From Verrucomicrobiota bacterium (GTDB lineage: Bacteria > Verrucomicrobiota > Verrucomicrobiia > Opitutales > Seribacteraceae), in NCBI GenBank assembly GCA_027622665.1, contig JAQBYT010000037.1:1-36103 (forward strand): DNA of 36,103 nucleotides, written 5' to 3'. Positions 1 through 9,800 of the stretch are shown piece after piece; within the stretch, counting starts at the first letter, position 1, and each line of letters starts with the position of its first letter. The notes under the pieces are model-generated. The model was not told the origin of the DNA. It made no database searches and saw only the letters and a list, made by a program, of their open reading frames with translations. Both the position numbers and the translations under genes were made by a program.

Positions 1-1
1 G

Positions 2-3000
2 GTAGACCTTACTGCCGCCGAGCAGGACAATTGGTACATCGCCAAGGAATGGAGCGTCAGCGAATCCAGGGGAGTTTTTTATGACTTCAATTCCACGACT
101 GGACAGGAAAGGATTTTCGTAGGAAGAGGGAGCGTGTGGGATCATCTCGGGCGTGACATCAAGATATACGACTTGAACGGCAATCTACTAAACACATTCG
201 GGAGTGGAAATTTCATGGATTTCACCATGGATGGCAACGGAACCCTCTACGCGGTTTCCCATAACCGAGTGGTAGCATTCAGCAAATCTCCCGGACGTGT
301 GACTAGCGTTACCGTGGACAACAATGGAAGCAACCTGTATCAACATTGGGGCGATGGGGAGTGGCGCTTAGAATTTTCCGGTGGCGGTGGGACGGGAGCA
401 GCCGCTTTGGCTGTCATGGAACAAAATTCCACTGATACCGACAGTTACAATAAATTTGTAACTTCAGTTAATGTTTCTAACGGGGGAGTGAATTACTCGT
501 CCGATCCAAATGCCACTCTTCGTAGCGACCACCCGAAAACAGGCAACCAGGTCGAACCCCAATTTACCGCACATTTAGGCGTGGCGTGGGGCGAGAATTG
601 GTCAACCGAAGGATTTTCCAAAGCACAAGCTATCGGAATTAGTCCTAACAGCGGAGACCTCTTCGTTGCTGATGCTGCAAACCATAAAATCGTGGTATTG
701 GATCGCAATGGAACCATCAAAAGAGAATTCGGCTCCAATGGAACCGCTCCCGGACAATTTGTGTTTGGCTATAGTCAGCACAGATGCTCTTTGGATTTCA
801 TGCCCAACGGAACCTTGTTGATAGCCGACAATTCATACCTCCATTTCTACAAAGAAGACGGCACCTTCATCGAGCGAACTGATTCGGGTAGATACCGAGC
901 ATCCGTTGCTCCGGACGGCACGATCCTGTCTGATTCAAAATTAAGAGACGCAAGGGGACAACCGATCCAAGATTCATTGCCCTTCCATCCCCATGCATTT
1001 ACCGCCTTCATGCCTACCGGCGACCTAATCGAATCCTATCAAGACAAGATTAGGATTTGGAAGAGGGCTTACAGGACAAAGGGTCTGCTCACCCGGAACG
1101 TCATCCCCTTGCCGGCCATCCGCGGCATTTCCCAACGCGAAGGAACAAATATAGTGGAGATTCAGTTCGAAATCATCGACCCCGACGACTCGAACGCCAC
1201 AGCTGGTATCATGGCCGCCGTCAACGGGGACTTTGCCAACCCTACTCAATGGATTATTGCTTCCCAGTTTTCTGATGGAACAGGAAACAAGATTGGGACT
1301 CCCATCGCAACAAACCAGATACACCAAGTTGCTTGGGACATCGGAGCAGACTGGGCGCAACAAACGGGAACTCTTCAATTCGCAGTTCTCTGTCAAGACG
1401 CTCGTAGAACGACTCCCGTCGACATCCATTTCCTAGAGCTACCCTTCGCCGAGGGGAACATGACCATTAGTCGGTCTCCAATTCTAGACCGAGACGTTGT
1501 CAATTACTTCAAGTTTCTTCTCGCAACCGGCTCTGGCTCAATCAACCTGCAAAACGGAGAAGTAAGGAACAACGACGGCACTCTGTTCATGTCTACTTCC
1601 TTAAAATCAACGCAGGCGGGACGAGATCACTTAATGCAGTCGGTGGGATATCGCTGGGCAAAGACCGCAGAAGTTCAGCTTGCCCAAGAAGCCGCTACTC
1701 CAGGAGTCATCAACAGATGGACTGCAATCAATCCAATCAAACCGAGAGATCTTCCCGGTCAGGTTAACGAATACGGTTTCGACTCCAAGAACTATGGGGG
1801 CGAAGCGTGGTGGGTGGTAAAAAACAGCGCCCTGCCCTTCCCCGATTTCACCTCCCAAAGCTTTGACGACAATGGTAGTGCCAACCAACAGTTCGGCCGG
1901 AATATATCGGCAGACGGGTCGTTGGTTGCTTTTGGAATCAACTGGGGAAGTGCACACGACCCAGCCTACCGAAAAGTTTACCTTTACCAAGTAAACGAAA
2001 ATGGAAACCTACAGGCAAAAGGAATCGCCGAACCAAACGACCTGCCGAACAATAAATCGTATTACTTCGGTTCATCGATTTCGCTCGACGCGGGAAAGCT
2101 CGCGATTGGGGCACAGCATGCAATCGAAGACAATGGTCAACAATTGGGCGCGGTCTACCTATTCGATGCAAATGGGAGTTCACCCACACAAATCAACCGA
2201 ATTATCGCGTCCGATGGCAAGCCGAATGACTTGTTCGGTAGTTCCGTCGCCCTATCGGACAACCTACTCGTAGTGGGGGCCAGTAGTTACGAAAGTAATA
2301 CGGGAGCAGCTTACATTTACAAAATAGAGTCCAATGGCTCGAGCACCGAACTGGCGAAGGTCACCAATCCCGATGGCAAGAATGAAGATTATTTCGGGAT
2401 TTCGACCGCGGTGGGCAATAACATAGTGGCCGTAGGTACTCCTCATGCAGACGTCGAACTAAACGGAAAGAACTACGGAAATCTAGGCACTGTTCTCTTG
2501 TTTCAAGTAGACGCCAACGGGAACGTCTCCAAAACGGACACGCTCACTCCACCTAATTATTCCGGGGATGGAACAGGTTTCGGTAATGCGATCGCGATCT
2601 CCAACGGTATACTGGCAATCGGGCATCCTAATTATCACGAACGCAGTCCCAACTGGTATGATATTGGGATCGTCTACATTTATAAGATATCGCCACAAGG
2701 GAAAGCCGTGTTCACCGCGGCCATTAAGTCGCCATTCGTAGAAAACTTCAAGTATTTCGGGAGATCTGTCGCAATGGATGGAGACAGACTCTTGATCGGG
2801 TCCGACCGAGAAAGAGGGGTAAGCGGCAACGACAATGGGGGAGCCGGCTACTTGTATCAAATAAGCGAGCAAGGAAAACCGAGGTTGATAGAACGGTTCA
2901 TCCACCCAAGTGGGAAAAACGAAGATTACTTTGGCTCTACACTCGGTCTGTCCGGACGAAACTCATTTATCGGAGCCTATCGTCACAACCTATCAAATTC

Positions 3001-3046
3001 GCAATCGGATGCAGGGAGTGTAATGTTCTTCCGATCCAGCTTTTAA
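2..3046 (+). CDS. Large extracellular beta-propeller protein (NHL repeats, central unknown domain, C-terminal FG-GAP repeats); 5'-truncated by the window
   Basis: The frame is open from position 2 (VDLTAAEQDNWYIAKEW...), so the real start is upstream of the window rather than at 134. NHL-like repeats (GDLFVADAANHKIVVLDRNG, FGSNGTAPGQF) and several FG-GAP repeats (FGSSISL..GKLAIGA, DLFGSSVAL..LVVGA...GAAYIY, DYFGISTAV). Confidence 0.85.
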   Translation, partial: VDLTAAEQDNWYIAKEWSVSESRGVFYDFNSTTGQERIFVGRGSVWDHLGRDIKIYDLNGNLLNTFGSGNFMDFTMDGNGTLYAVSHNRVVAFSKSPGRVTSVTVDNNGSNLYQHWGDGEWRLEFSGGGGTGAAALAVMEQNSTDTDSYNKFVTSVNVSNGGVNYSSDPNATLRSDHPKTGNQVEPQFTAHLGVAWGENWSTEGFSKAQAIGISPNSGDLFVADAANHKIVVLDRNGTIKREFGSNGTAPGQFVFGYSQHRCSLDFMPNGTLLIADNSYLHFYKEDGTFIERTDSGRYRASVAPDGTILSDSKLRDARGQPIQDSLPFHPHAFTAFMPTGDLIESYQDKIRIWKRAYRTKGLLTRNVIPLPAIRGISQREGTNIVEIQFEIIDPDDSNATAGIMAAVNGDFANPTQWIIASQFSDGTGNKIGTPIATNQIHQVAWDIGADWAQQTGTLQFAVLCQDARRTTPVDIHFLELPFAEGNMTISRSPILDRDVVNYFKFLLATGSGSINLQNGEVRNNDGTLFMSTSLKSTQAGRDHLMQSVGYRWAKTAEVQLAQEAATPGVINRWTAINPIKPRDLPGQVNEYGFDSKNYGGEAWWVVKNSALPFPDFTSQSFDDNGSANQQFGRNISADGSLVAFGINWGSAHDPAYRKVYLYQVNENGNLQAKGIAEPNDLPNNKSYYFGSSISLDAGKLAIGAQHAIEDNGQQLGAVYLFDANGSSPTQINRIIASDGKPNDLFGSSVALSDNLLVVGASSYESNTGAAYIYKIESNGSSTELAKVTNPDGKNEDYFGISTAVGNNIVAVGTPHADVELNGKNYGNLGTVLLFQVDANGNVSKTDTLTPPNYSGDGTGFGNAIAISNGILAIGHPNYHERSPNWYDIGIVYIYKISPQGKAVFTAAIKSPFVENFKYFGRSVAMDGDRLLIGSDRERGVSGNDNGGAGYLYQISEQGKPRLIERFIHPSGKNEDYFGSTLGLSGRNSFIGAYRHNLSNSQSDAGSVMFFRSSF

Positions 3047-3076
3047 CTGCCTTAGATCAGGAAAAAGAACGAATCC

Positions 3077-6000
3077 ATGGCTACACAACGACATACTGGT
3101 TTGGTCTCCAATATATTTTGGAGAAAAGCTTTTAGTGCTGTTGGCTTAATTCTCGGGCTCCCCTTGCACGGGGCTCTAGTTACGATCGAGCAGGTGTCCG
3201 AACCCGTCGGCTTTCTCAGCAAGACGACGGTAGTGGAAACAGGCGCATCGCTCACGACCGAAAAGGTGGAACTTACAAAAAACGGTTACTTTTTCTCATA
3301 CTGGACAAAGGGCGGTACTAGGCTTGCTGATACTGCAGGACGCAGTCTAACCCAGACCACGGTCGAGGTCGATGCAAGCTTCACTCTGACCGCACATTAT
3401 ATTCTCCAAACAGAGGACAGTGATAAGGACGGCATCCTCGACTGGTTTGAATACAGAAACTTCGGAAACCTCGCCGGGGTGATCTCGTCCGACCCCGATG
3501 GCGATGGATACAGCAATGGCCAGGAGCAAGCGCTCGGCCAAGATCCCACGATTTCCGATCTTGTTGAGGATGGAGGTATATCATCCCGACGATCGATCGG
3601 TTTCGTCTTCGCAGACAAGTCTCTGGTCCGTTATGAAATCAAAAGCGAACCGATTGGTTTCGTAAACACGGCAAGCGGTTTCGCCGAGGTGAACGCAACC
3701 ATTGTCACCCCAAACCTAAATGGCGCAACAAACGGATACCTATTCGCTTACTGGTCTGTCAACGGAGCGAGACAATCCGGTGCTACGGGAAAGGCTTTGA
3801 GCCAACTCGACCACAAGCTCACCGCCTCGGCCAACATCGTAGCCCACTACTTTCCAGCCCAAGAGGACTCGGACTCCGATGGCTTGCTCGACAGCTCGGA
3901 ACTGAATCAATTTGGCGACCTGTCACAAGAAGCGGATGCGGATGCGGACTCCGATGGTTTCGCGAACCAAAAAGAAGATGCCCTCGGACAGGAATCCACC
4001 GTCCGGGACTTAGTAGAAGACGGAGGCATTTCTTCGAGGCACTCCGGAAATTTCGTTTTCGGAGACTTCAACTTGGTTCATTACGAAATCAAAAGCGAAC
4101 CAGTGGGCTTCATCAACAAATCCAGCGGTTACGTCCAACCGAATACGATCGTAACCACGCCAAGCCTTAACGGGGAAACAAACGGATATCAATTCACCTA
4201 TTGGTCCGTCAACGGTTCCAGGCAAGCAAGTCCCAATGGAACATCCTTGAGCAAACTCGATCACACTTTGGTAACTTCTTCGATAATCATAGCCCATTAT
4301 GTTAAATCCACAGAAGATGCCGATTCCGATGGCATGATGGACTGGTTGGAACTTCGCCAATTCGGCCAACTCGTTCAAGATTCCTCCGATGACGCCGACC
4401 TTGACAACTACACCAATGCCCAAGAGGTGGCGGCAGGCCAAGAAGCTTTAATTCAAGACCTAATTGAAGATGGAGGTATTTCCTCAAGGCACTCCACAAA
4501 TTTCACCTATTTCGTCCAAGGCAACCGAACACCCAACGGAGCAACCCTGTCCAATGATGTTTTTTTTGCCGAGCAACCCAGCGGTCTGCTAGTGGGAACC
4601 TTGCAACCTATCGATTACGACGACCCAAACCATCAGGACGCCTACACCTACGAATTCGTGGAAGGAACCGGATCGACCGATAATGCGCAATTCAACCTAG
4701 TGGGAAACAAACTGCTAACAGGAACGCTCATGACGGAAGGCAATTACAGCATCAGAATACGAATCACCGATTCGAGTTTAGCATTTGCCGAAACCGTCTT
4801 TCAACTCAAAGCATTTCTCCATGGCGACAGTGACAATGACGGGGATGGTTTGACCTTGGATCAAGAGAGAATTCACTCCACAAACCCGAATGTCGCGGAT
4901 ACGGATGGCGATGGCTATTCGGACTTGATAGAAGTCAATTCCGGAAGCGATCCCAATGATCGGGATTCCCTTCCCAACCAAGCGCCTCACGAATTGCAGT
5001 TGTCTGACAATCGGATACTGGAAAACCAACCGACTGGAATTTCGATCGGTACGGTCAGTGCCCTAGATGAAGACGCCAACGACACCCACTCGTTCACTTT
5101 CGTCGACGGGAACGGATCCCAGCACAACAACCTCTTCAGCATCGACGCCAACGGCACCCTCAAAACCAACGCCACCTTCGACTTCGAGACAAATGCCACA
5201 GCCTTGTCCATACGCGTAAAGGCAACCGACGAGCACAATGCATCGTTGGCAAAGGCCTTCGTCATAAATGTCACCAACGAGGTGGAGGACTTGGACGGCG
5301 ACGGCATAGAGGACCACGCCGATCCCGACGACGACGGGGACGGGTTCTCCGACGCCGTGGAAATCGCCTACGGTTCCGACCCACGCGATGCTAACTCCTT
5401 GGTCAACCAAGCTCCCACCCAGCTGGACTTGAATGGTTCCTCCATAGCCGAGAATTCAAATGTAGGTTCCATCGTCGGAAATCTGAACGCCACCGACCCC
5501 GACGCCAACGACACCCACTCGTACACTTTCGTCGACGGGAACGGTTCCACCCATAATTCTCTTTTTTCCATTGATGCCAATGGGACGCTTAAGGCATCAG
5601 CGGTTCTCGACTTTGAAACATCCACAGTCTTAAGCATTCGAGTCAAGGCATCCGATCCGTCAAACGAATCCATAGAAAAAGCTTTTTCCATCCGGGTGTT
5701 GGATGAAAGCATTCCAATTACCGACACCATGCAATGGGAACAGAGTGAGGGAGACACGTACCAATTTTCGGGCAAGGTCTTATACGATGGAGAAGCAAAT
5801 GTCACTGGCTACGGTTTTGAGCTGGATGTCAGCCTTCAATTTCATAATCCTCAAGTTTTAGTGGGTTTCATTAATTACGAGACTCAGAATTTCACGGCAT
5901 CGACTGTTCTTCCGGAAAAAGGCCAAATCTTTTATTACCGAGCTTTTGCAACTAACATAGAAGGCACGGGATACGGTTCCCCTAAAAGGTTCTCCACGAC

Positions 6001-6310
6001 CTCGCCCCTCGTCGGATGGTGGGCCCACGCACCCGAAGACTCGAACGGGTGGCGCAACTCTTCATGGTTTGGGATATTTCTTCCTTTTGACAACGGATGG
6101 TTATACCATGAAGAATGGGGCTGGATTTTTGCCCAAGACGATAACCACGGCGGTCTCTGGCTTTGGAAAGACAAATTGGGTTGGCAGTGGACGATGAAAG
6201 ACATCTACCCCTACCTTTACCGCAATGACACCGCCAAGTGGATGTACTTCCTAAAGAGAAAGAACGGCATTGAGCACTTCTACAACCACCAAACGAAACA
6301 AGTAGAATAG
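3077..6310 (+). CDS. Secreted adhesin-like surface protein: three 150-aa repeats with DxDxDG Ca-binding motifs, three cadherin-like domains, FN3-like domain, Trp-rich C-terminal domain
   Basis: Signal-peptide-like N-terminus (RKAFSAVGLILGLPLHGA); DSDxDG and DTDGDG motifs; cadherin-like motifs (ENQPTG..GTVSALDED, FDFE...SIRVKATD); FN3-like YYRAFATN.EGTGYG; aromatic C-terminus. Confidence 0.85.
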   Translation: MATQRHTGLVSNIFWRKAFSAVGLILGLPLHGALVTIEQVSEPVGFLSKTTVVETGASLTTEKVELTKNGYFFSYWTKGGTRLADTAGRSLTQTTVEVDASFTLTAHYILQTEDSDKDGILDWFEYRNFGNLAGVISSDPDGDGYSNGQEQALGQDPTISDLVEDGGISSRRSIGFVFADKSLVRYEIKSEPIGFVNTASGFAEVNATIVTPNLNGATNGYLFAYWSVNGARQSGATGKALSQLDHKLTASANIVAHYFPAQEDSDSDGLLDSSELNQFGDLSQEADADADSDGFANQKEDALGQESTVRDLVEDGGISSRHSGNFVFGDFNLVHYEIKSEPVGFINKSSGYVQPNTIVTTPSLNGETNGYQFTYWSVNGSRQASPNGTSLSKLDHTLVTSSIIIAHYVKSTEDADSDGMMDWLELRQFGQLVQDSSDDADLDNYTNAQEVAAGQEALIQDLIEDGGISSRHSTNFTYFVQGNRTPNGATLSNDVFFAEQPSGLLVGTLQPIDYDDPNHQDAYTYEFVEGTGSTDNAQFNLVGNKLLTGTLMTEGNYSIRIRITDSSLAFAETVFQLKAFLHGDSDNDGDGLTLDQERIHSTNPNVADTDGDGYSDLIEVNSGSDPNDRDSLPNQAPHELQLSDNRILENQPTGISIGTVSALDEDANDTHSFTFVDGNGSQHNNLFSIDANGTLKTNATFDFETNATALSIRVKATDEHNASLAKAFVINVTNEVEDLDGDGIEDHADPDDDGDGFSDAVEIAYGSDPRDANSLVNQAPTQLDLNGSSIAENSNVGSIVGNLNATDPDANDTHSYTFVDGNGSTHNSLFSIDANGTLKASAVLDFETSTVLSIRVKASDPSNESIEKAFSIRVLDESIPITDTMQWEQSEGDTYQFSGKVLYDGEANVTGYGFELDVSLQFHNPQVLVGFINYETQNFTASTVLPEKGQIFYYRAFATNIEGTGYGSPKRFSTTSPLVGWWAHAPEDSNGWRNSSWFGIFLPFDNGWLYHEEWGWIFAQDDNHGGLWLWKDKLGWQWTMKDIYPYLYRNDTAKWMYFLKRKNGIEHFYNHQTKQVE
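3170..4515 (+). repeat. Three intragenic repeats with a 450-nt (150-aa) period
   Basis: DL(V/I)EDGGISSR starts at 3557, 4007 and 4457. Each unit has SEP(V/I)GF, NGYxFxYW, AHY and EDxDxDG. Boundaries are approximate. Confidence 0.85.
5072..5548 (+). repeat. Near-identical 48-bp direct repeat in adjacent cadherin-like domains (5072-5119 and 5501-5548)
   Basis: gacgccaacgacacccactcgt(t/a)cactttcgtcgacgggaacgg(a/t)tcc, 46 of 48 bases identical by eye. Confidence 0.9.
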
Positions 6311-6421
6311 TTCAGAGGAGCACGACAAGCTGCAAGGCAACAGACGAAGCTTAAACGATTAAGAACATATAGCTCCGCAGGTCCACGAAAGTAACGAATA
6401 AATTGTACAGTTCGTGAATGA

Positions 6422-6781
6422 CTACCGTAAAAAGAAAAGCCTTTCAGAAGAAACGCACCTGCATGAAAAGATATAGAACCGCGAGTGCAATGCTTGTGGG
6501 ATAAAGGGACAATATGCCCGTGGAGGCTTCGGTCGTGGAGCAACTCGAAGAATAGGGCGAAAAAAAGGATCTCCCAGACCCGCGGAAGCTTGAGTCATAG
6601 ACAAATCTCTAGAATCGGATAAATAATCCCGAGTAAAGGCTCCCCGGAAATAGGCCAACCACGCCAGCCTAAGAATAAAAAGATGCGGCAGGAGGATGGA
6701 ATCAATAAAAGACACCGCAGGCACTCTCATTTCCGAGACTTTTTGCCATCGGCGAATCCGGCGTTCCATGTGTTCTTTCAT
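6422..6781 (-). CDS. Possible small hypothetical protein
   Basis: 119-aa ORF with a purine-rich stretch (aaagagaa) before the ATG. It fills the gap downstream of the oxoprolinase gene and has no recognisable motif. Confidence 0.3.
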   Translation of the reverse strand: MKEHMERRIRRWQKVSEMRVPAVSFIDSILLPHLFILRLAWLAYFRGAFTRDYLSDSRDLSMTQASAGLGDPFFRPILRVAPRPKPPRAYCPFIPQALHSRFYIFSCRCVSSERLFFLR

Positions 6782-6834
6782 TTCTCTTTAGGTTGAAGGT
6801 TCCTTTAGCAATCATAGTAAAAGGCAGGAACCGT

Positions 6835-6854
6835 CCTGAAGTTATAACTTCGGG
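6835..6854. promoter_or_regulatory. 20-bp near-perfect palindrome, possible transcription-factor site
   Basis: cctgaagtta|taacttcggg with a perfect 14-bp core GAAGTTATAACTTC (6838-6851); intergenic. Confidence 0.35.
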
Positions 6855-6896
6855 GAAACTTCAAAATGAGGATCTCGCAAACATCACGGCTTTCAC

Positions 6897-9800
6897 CTAA
6901 GTTAGAAGTTCAGGCTGTCCAGCCCCTCCGCCTCCGGGTGTGAGGAGAAGAAGGCGGTCACCGGGTTTTGCCTCAAATTTGTCGACCGGCTCCAATTCTT
7001 CACGAGAACCGTCGGCGCAAATAAGAATCTGTTTCCCTGGTTGACCGGACTGACCACCGGCAATGCCCTCGGGACCTTCGGTTCGCCGCTGGGTGAGAAG
7101 AGATACCGACATAGCTTCCTCGAACAGGTATTCGCGCTCCACTCCGTCCCCGCCGGGCCAACTACCGGAACCACCCGACCCTTCCCGAAGACGAAAACGC
7201 TCGAGCCTAACGGGTTGACGAAGTTCCAAGATCTCAGGATCCGTAATCGCAGTGTTGGTCATATGGACGTGAACCCCCGATGCCCCGTCCGCACCTATCG
7301 CCGCACCTGCTCCACCCGCCACGGTTTCGTAGTGACTGCGAGTGGCGTCCCCGAACACGACGTTATTCATGGTGCCTTGCGAACAGGCCACGCAACCAAA
7401 GGCAAGTAGCAGGGTATCTACCAATCGCTGACTCACCTCGACGTTGCCTCCCGCAACGGCAGGAGCATCGGCAGGATCATCGGGAAAAACGGGAGAAAGA
7501 AAGCTGTCGCTTGGAAGAATGATTTCGACCGGATCGAGAAAGCCCTCGTTAAGAGGAACCTCTCGTTCCGCTAGGACTCGCAAGACATAGACGAGGGCAC
7601 TTCGTACAATGGCTGCGGTGGCGTTGAGGTTCGCAGAGTGGCGAGAAGACGTACCCGTGAAGTCGAAGGTAGCCCGAGAATCCATGATGGTGATGGTAAC
7701 GGCGATGATCGACCCGTCGTCCAGTCGTTGCTCCGCCCGCAGTTCGGCATCTCCGTGGCGAGCTAGGAATTCCCTGCAAATACCGGCGGAACGGTCTCTA
7801 AGATGCTTCATATGTTCGCCGAGAGTTAAAGCCCCATACTGCTCGGCAAGTTCGGATAGACGTTCGACACCGAAACGGACGGAGGCGACTTGAGCCAATA
7901 GGTCAGCGAGGTTTTCCTCGGGCCGCCTAGAAGGCCATGGACCTTCGCGAAAAAGACGGGCCACTTCATCGACGCGGGATTCTCCCTTCCTGAACAAGTA
8001 GGTAGGGGGAATGACCACCCCTTCCTCCGCCAGGTTTCGTGCATCGGGGGGCATGGACCCCGGACGAATCCCCCCTATCTCGGCATGGTGAGCCCGATTG
8101 GCGACATAGGCGAACAACTCGCCTTCCTCGTCGTGAACGGGGGCGATGACCGTAACGTCGGGCAGGTGCGACCCACCGAAACCCGGATGATTGGAAACCA
8201 CCACGTCGCCGGGTTCAAGGGCCAGAGTTGCCGCTATCTCTCGGACGCAAAGACCAAGGGCTCCGAGGTGCACGGGCACATGCGGAGCGTTGGCAGTGAG
8301 ACGTCCACCGGCGTCAAGCAAGGCGCACGAGAAGTCGAGGCGCTCCTTGACGTTGGTGGAAAGAGCGGTGCGCTCAAGGCGGGCTCCCATTTCCTCGACG
8401 AGTGTAAGGAAGCGATTTGCAAAAAGTTCACGAGCAGCGACACCTAGGTAGCCCGGGAGATTCGAGTCCTGGGCCCCGGAAGGAGAAATTCTTTCGAGCA
8501 AAACGCTACCAAGGTCCCCTAACCGACCCCGCCACCCCGCGTCGAGGAAGAGCGTGCCGAAAGAGTCGGGGATGAGGACGGGACCATCGAGAATATCGCC
8601 CGGCATCAGGGTGTCGCGAAGATGAAGGGGTAATCCCAAAGAGCTTTTTTCGACTCGTTGAGCATCGGAACCCGAAGAAGAAAAATTTTCAATGGGATCG
8701 GGTTCGACGTCAACGGAAGCAATGACGCGCAAGGATACGATTTCGATTAAGGCGTCTTTCGGAACGTAACCGAACACCTCCCGATACCTAGTTTCGAAAA
8801 GAGAGGGCAAATCGGCTAGATCCGAATAATCGATCTCAAGTGAAGCGTCCTGCCCCGTGAAACGGAGAAAGGCAGTCTTCCGACGAACCTTTCCACCTGC
8901 ACTTTCTCGAAGCAGGGCATCGAGGGCTTCGCCGGACAGTTCTTCCTCGATCGGCGACAAGTCGACGTCAGCGATAGACCGCAAAATCTGTCGTTCGGCA
9001 AAGCGCTCGAGAGACGCTTTCGACAAGCCATAGGCACTTAGCAAACCCGCGTCAGCAGGGGACAGGACACGAGTGATACCAAGCTTCTGAGCCACCCCGC
9101 AGGCATGTTGGCCGCCAGCTCCACCAAAGGCTACGAGGGCGTAGTCCGTAGGATCGTATCCTTCGCGGACCGAGACCTTGCGAATGGCGCCCGCCATGGC
9201 ATCGTTCGCCACTTCTAGAAAACCCATGAGAGTTTCCTCACGAGAACGAGAAGCCCCTTGGAGGATTTCCTCTAGGCGAAGCTCGGCATCCTTGGAAAAA
9301 ACAGGACTGGCAAAATGCTCGGTCGACAAACGTCCCAGCAACAAGTTTACGTCCGTAAGGCAGAGAGGGCCGCCGAAACCATAGCAGGCAGGCCCCGGAC
9401 GAGCTCCCGCGCTCTCGGGACCGACGCAAAGCAAATCTCCTTCCACACGACAAATGGAACCGCCTCCCGCAGCCACCGTCTCGATTTTCAGGGCGGCAGC
9501 GGAGATAGATGCCGAGCCGACCTCGTGACGATCGCGGTAATCGAAATCCCCATCAAAGCGGGACACGTCGGCGGAGGTGCCCCCCATATCGAGGGCAATG
9601 ATTTTTGAGAGCCCCGCGCGTTCGGCCACCGTCGCGGCCCCAACTACCCCGCCCGCGGGTCCGCTCAACAGGCTATCGACGGACCGGTAGTCATTCTTAC
9701 CGACCAGCCCGCCCGCACTCGTCATAACTCGTAAGGCTCCACGATCGATACAAGCGGATACGTTATCGAGATACTGCCGAAGAACGGGCGTGAGATAGGC

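Noticed and set aside
1..6310. Prophage, mobile island or DGR target
   Set aside because: No integrase, transposase, reverse transcriptase, att-like repeats or adenine-specific repeat pair was seen; the compositional difference alone is insufficient.
6838..6852. Resemblance of GAAGTTAT/ATAACTTCG to loxP arms
   Set aside because: Only 8-9 bp match, the arms are arranged back-to-back with no 8-bp spacer, and there is no recombinase in the window.
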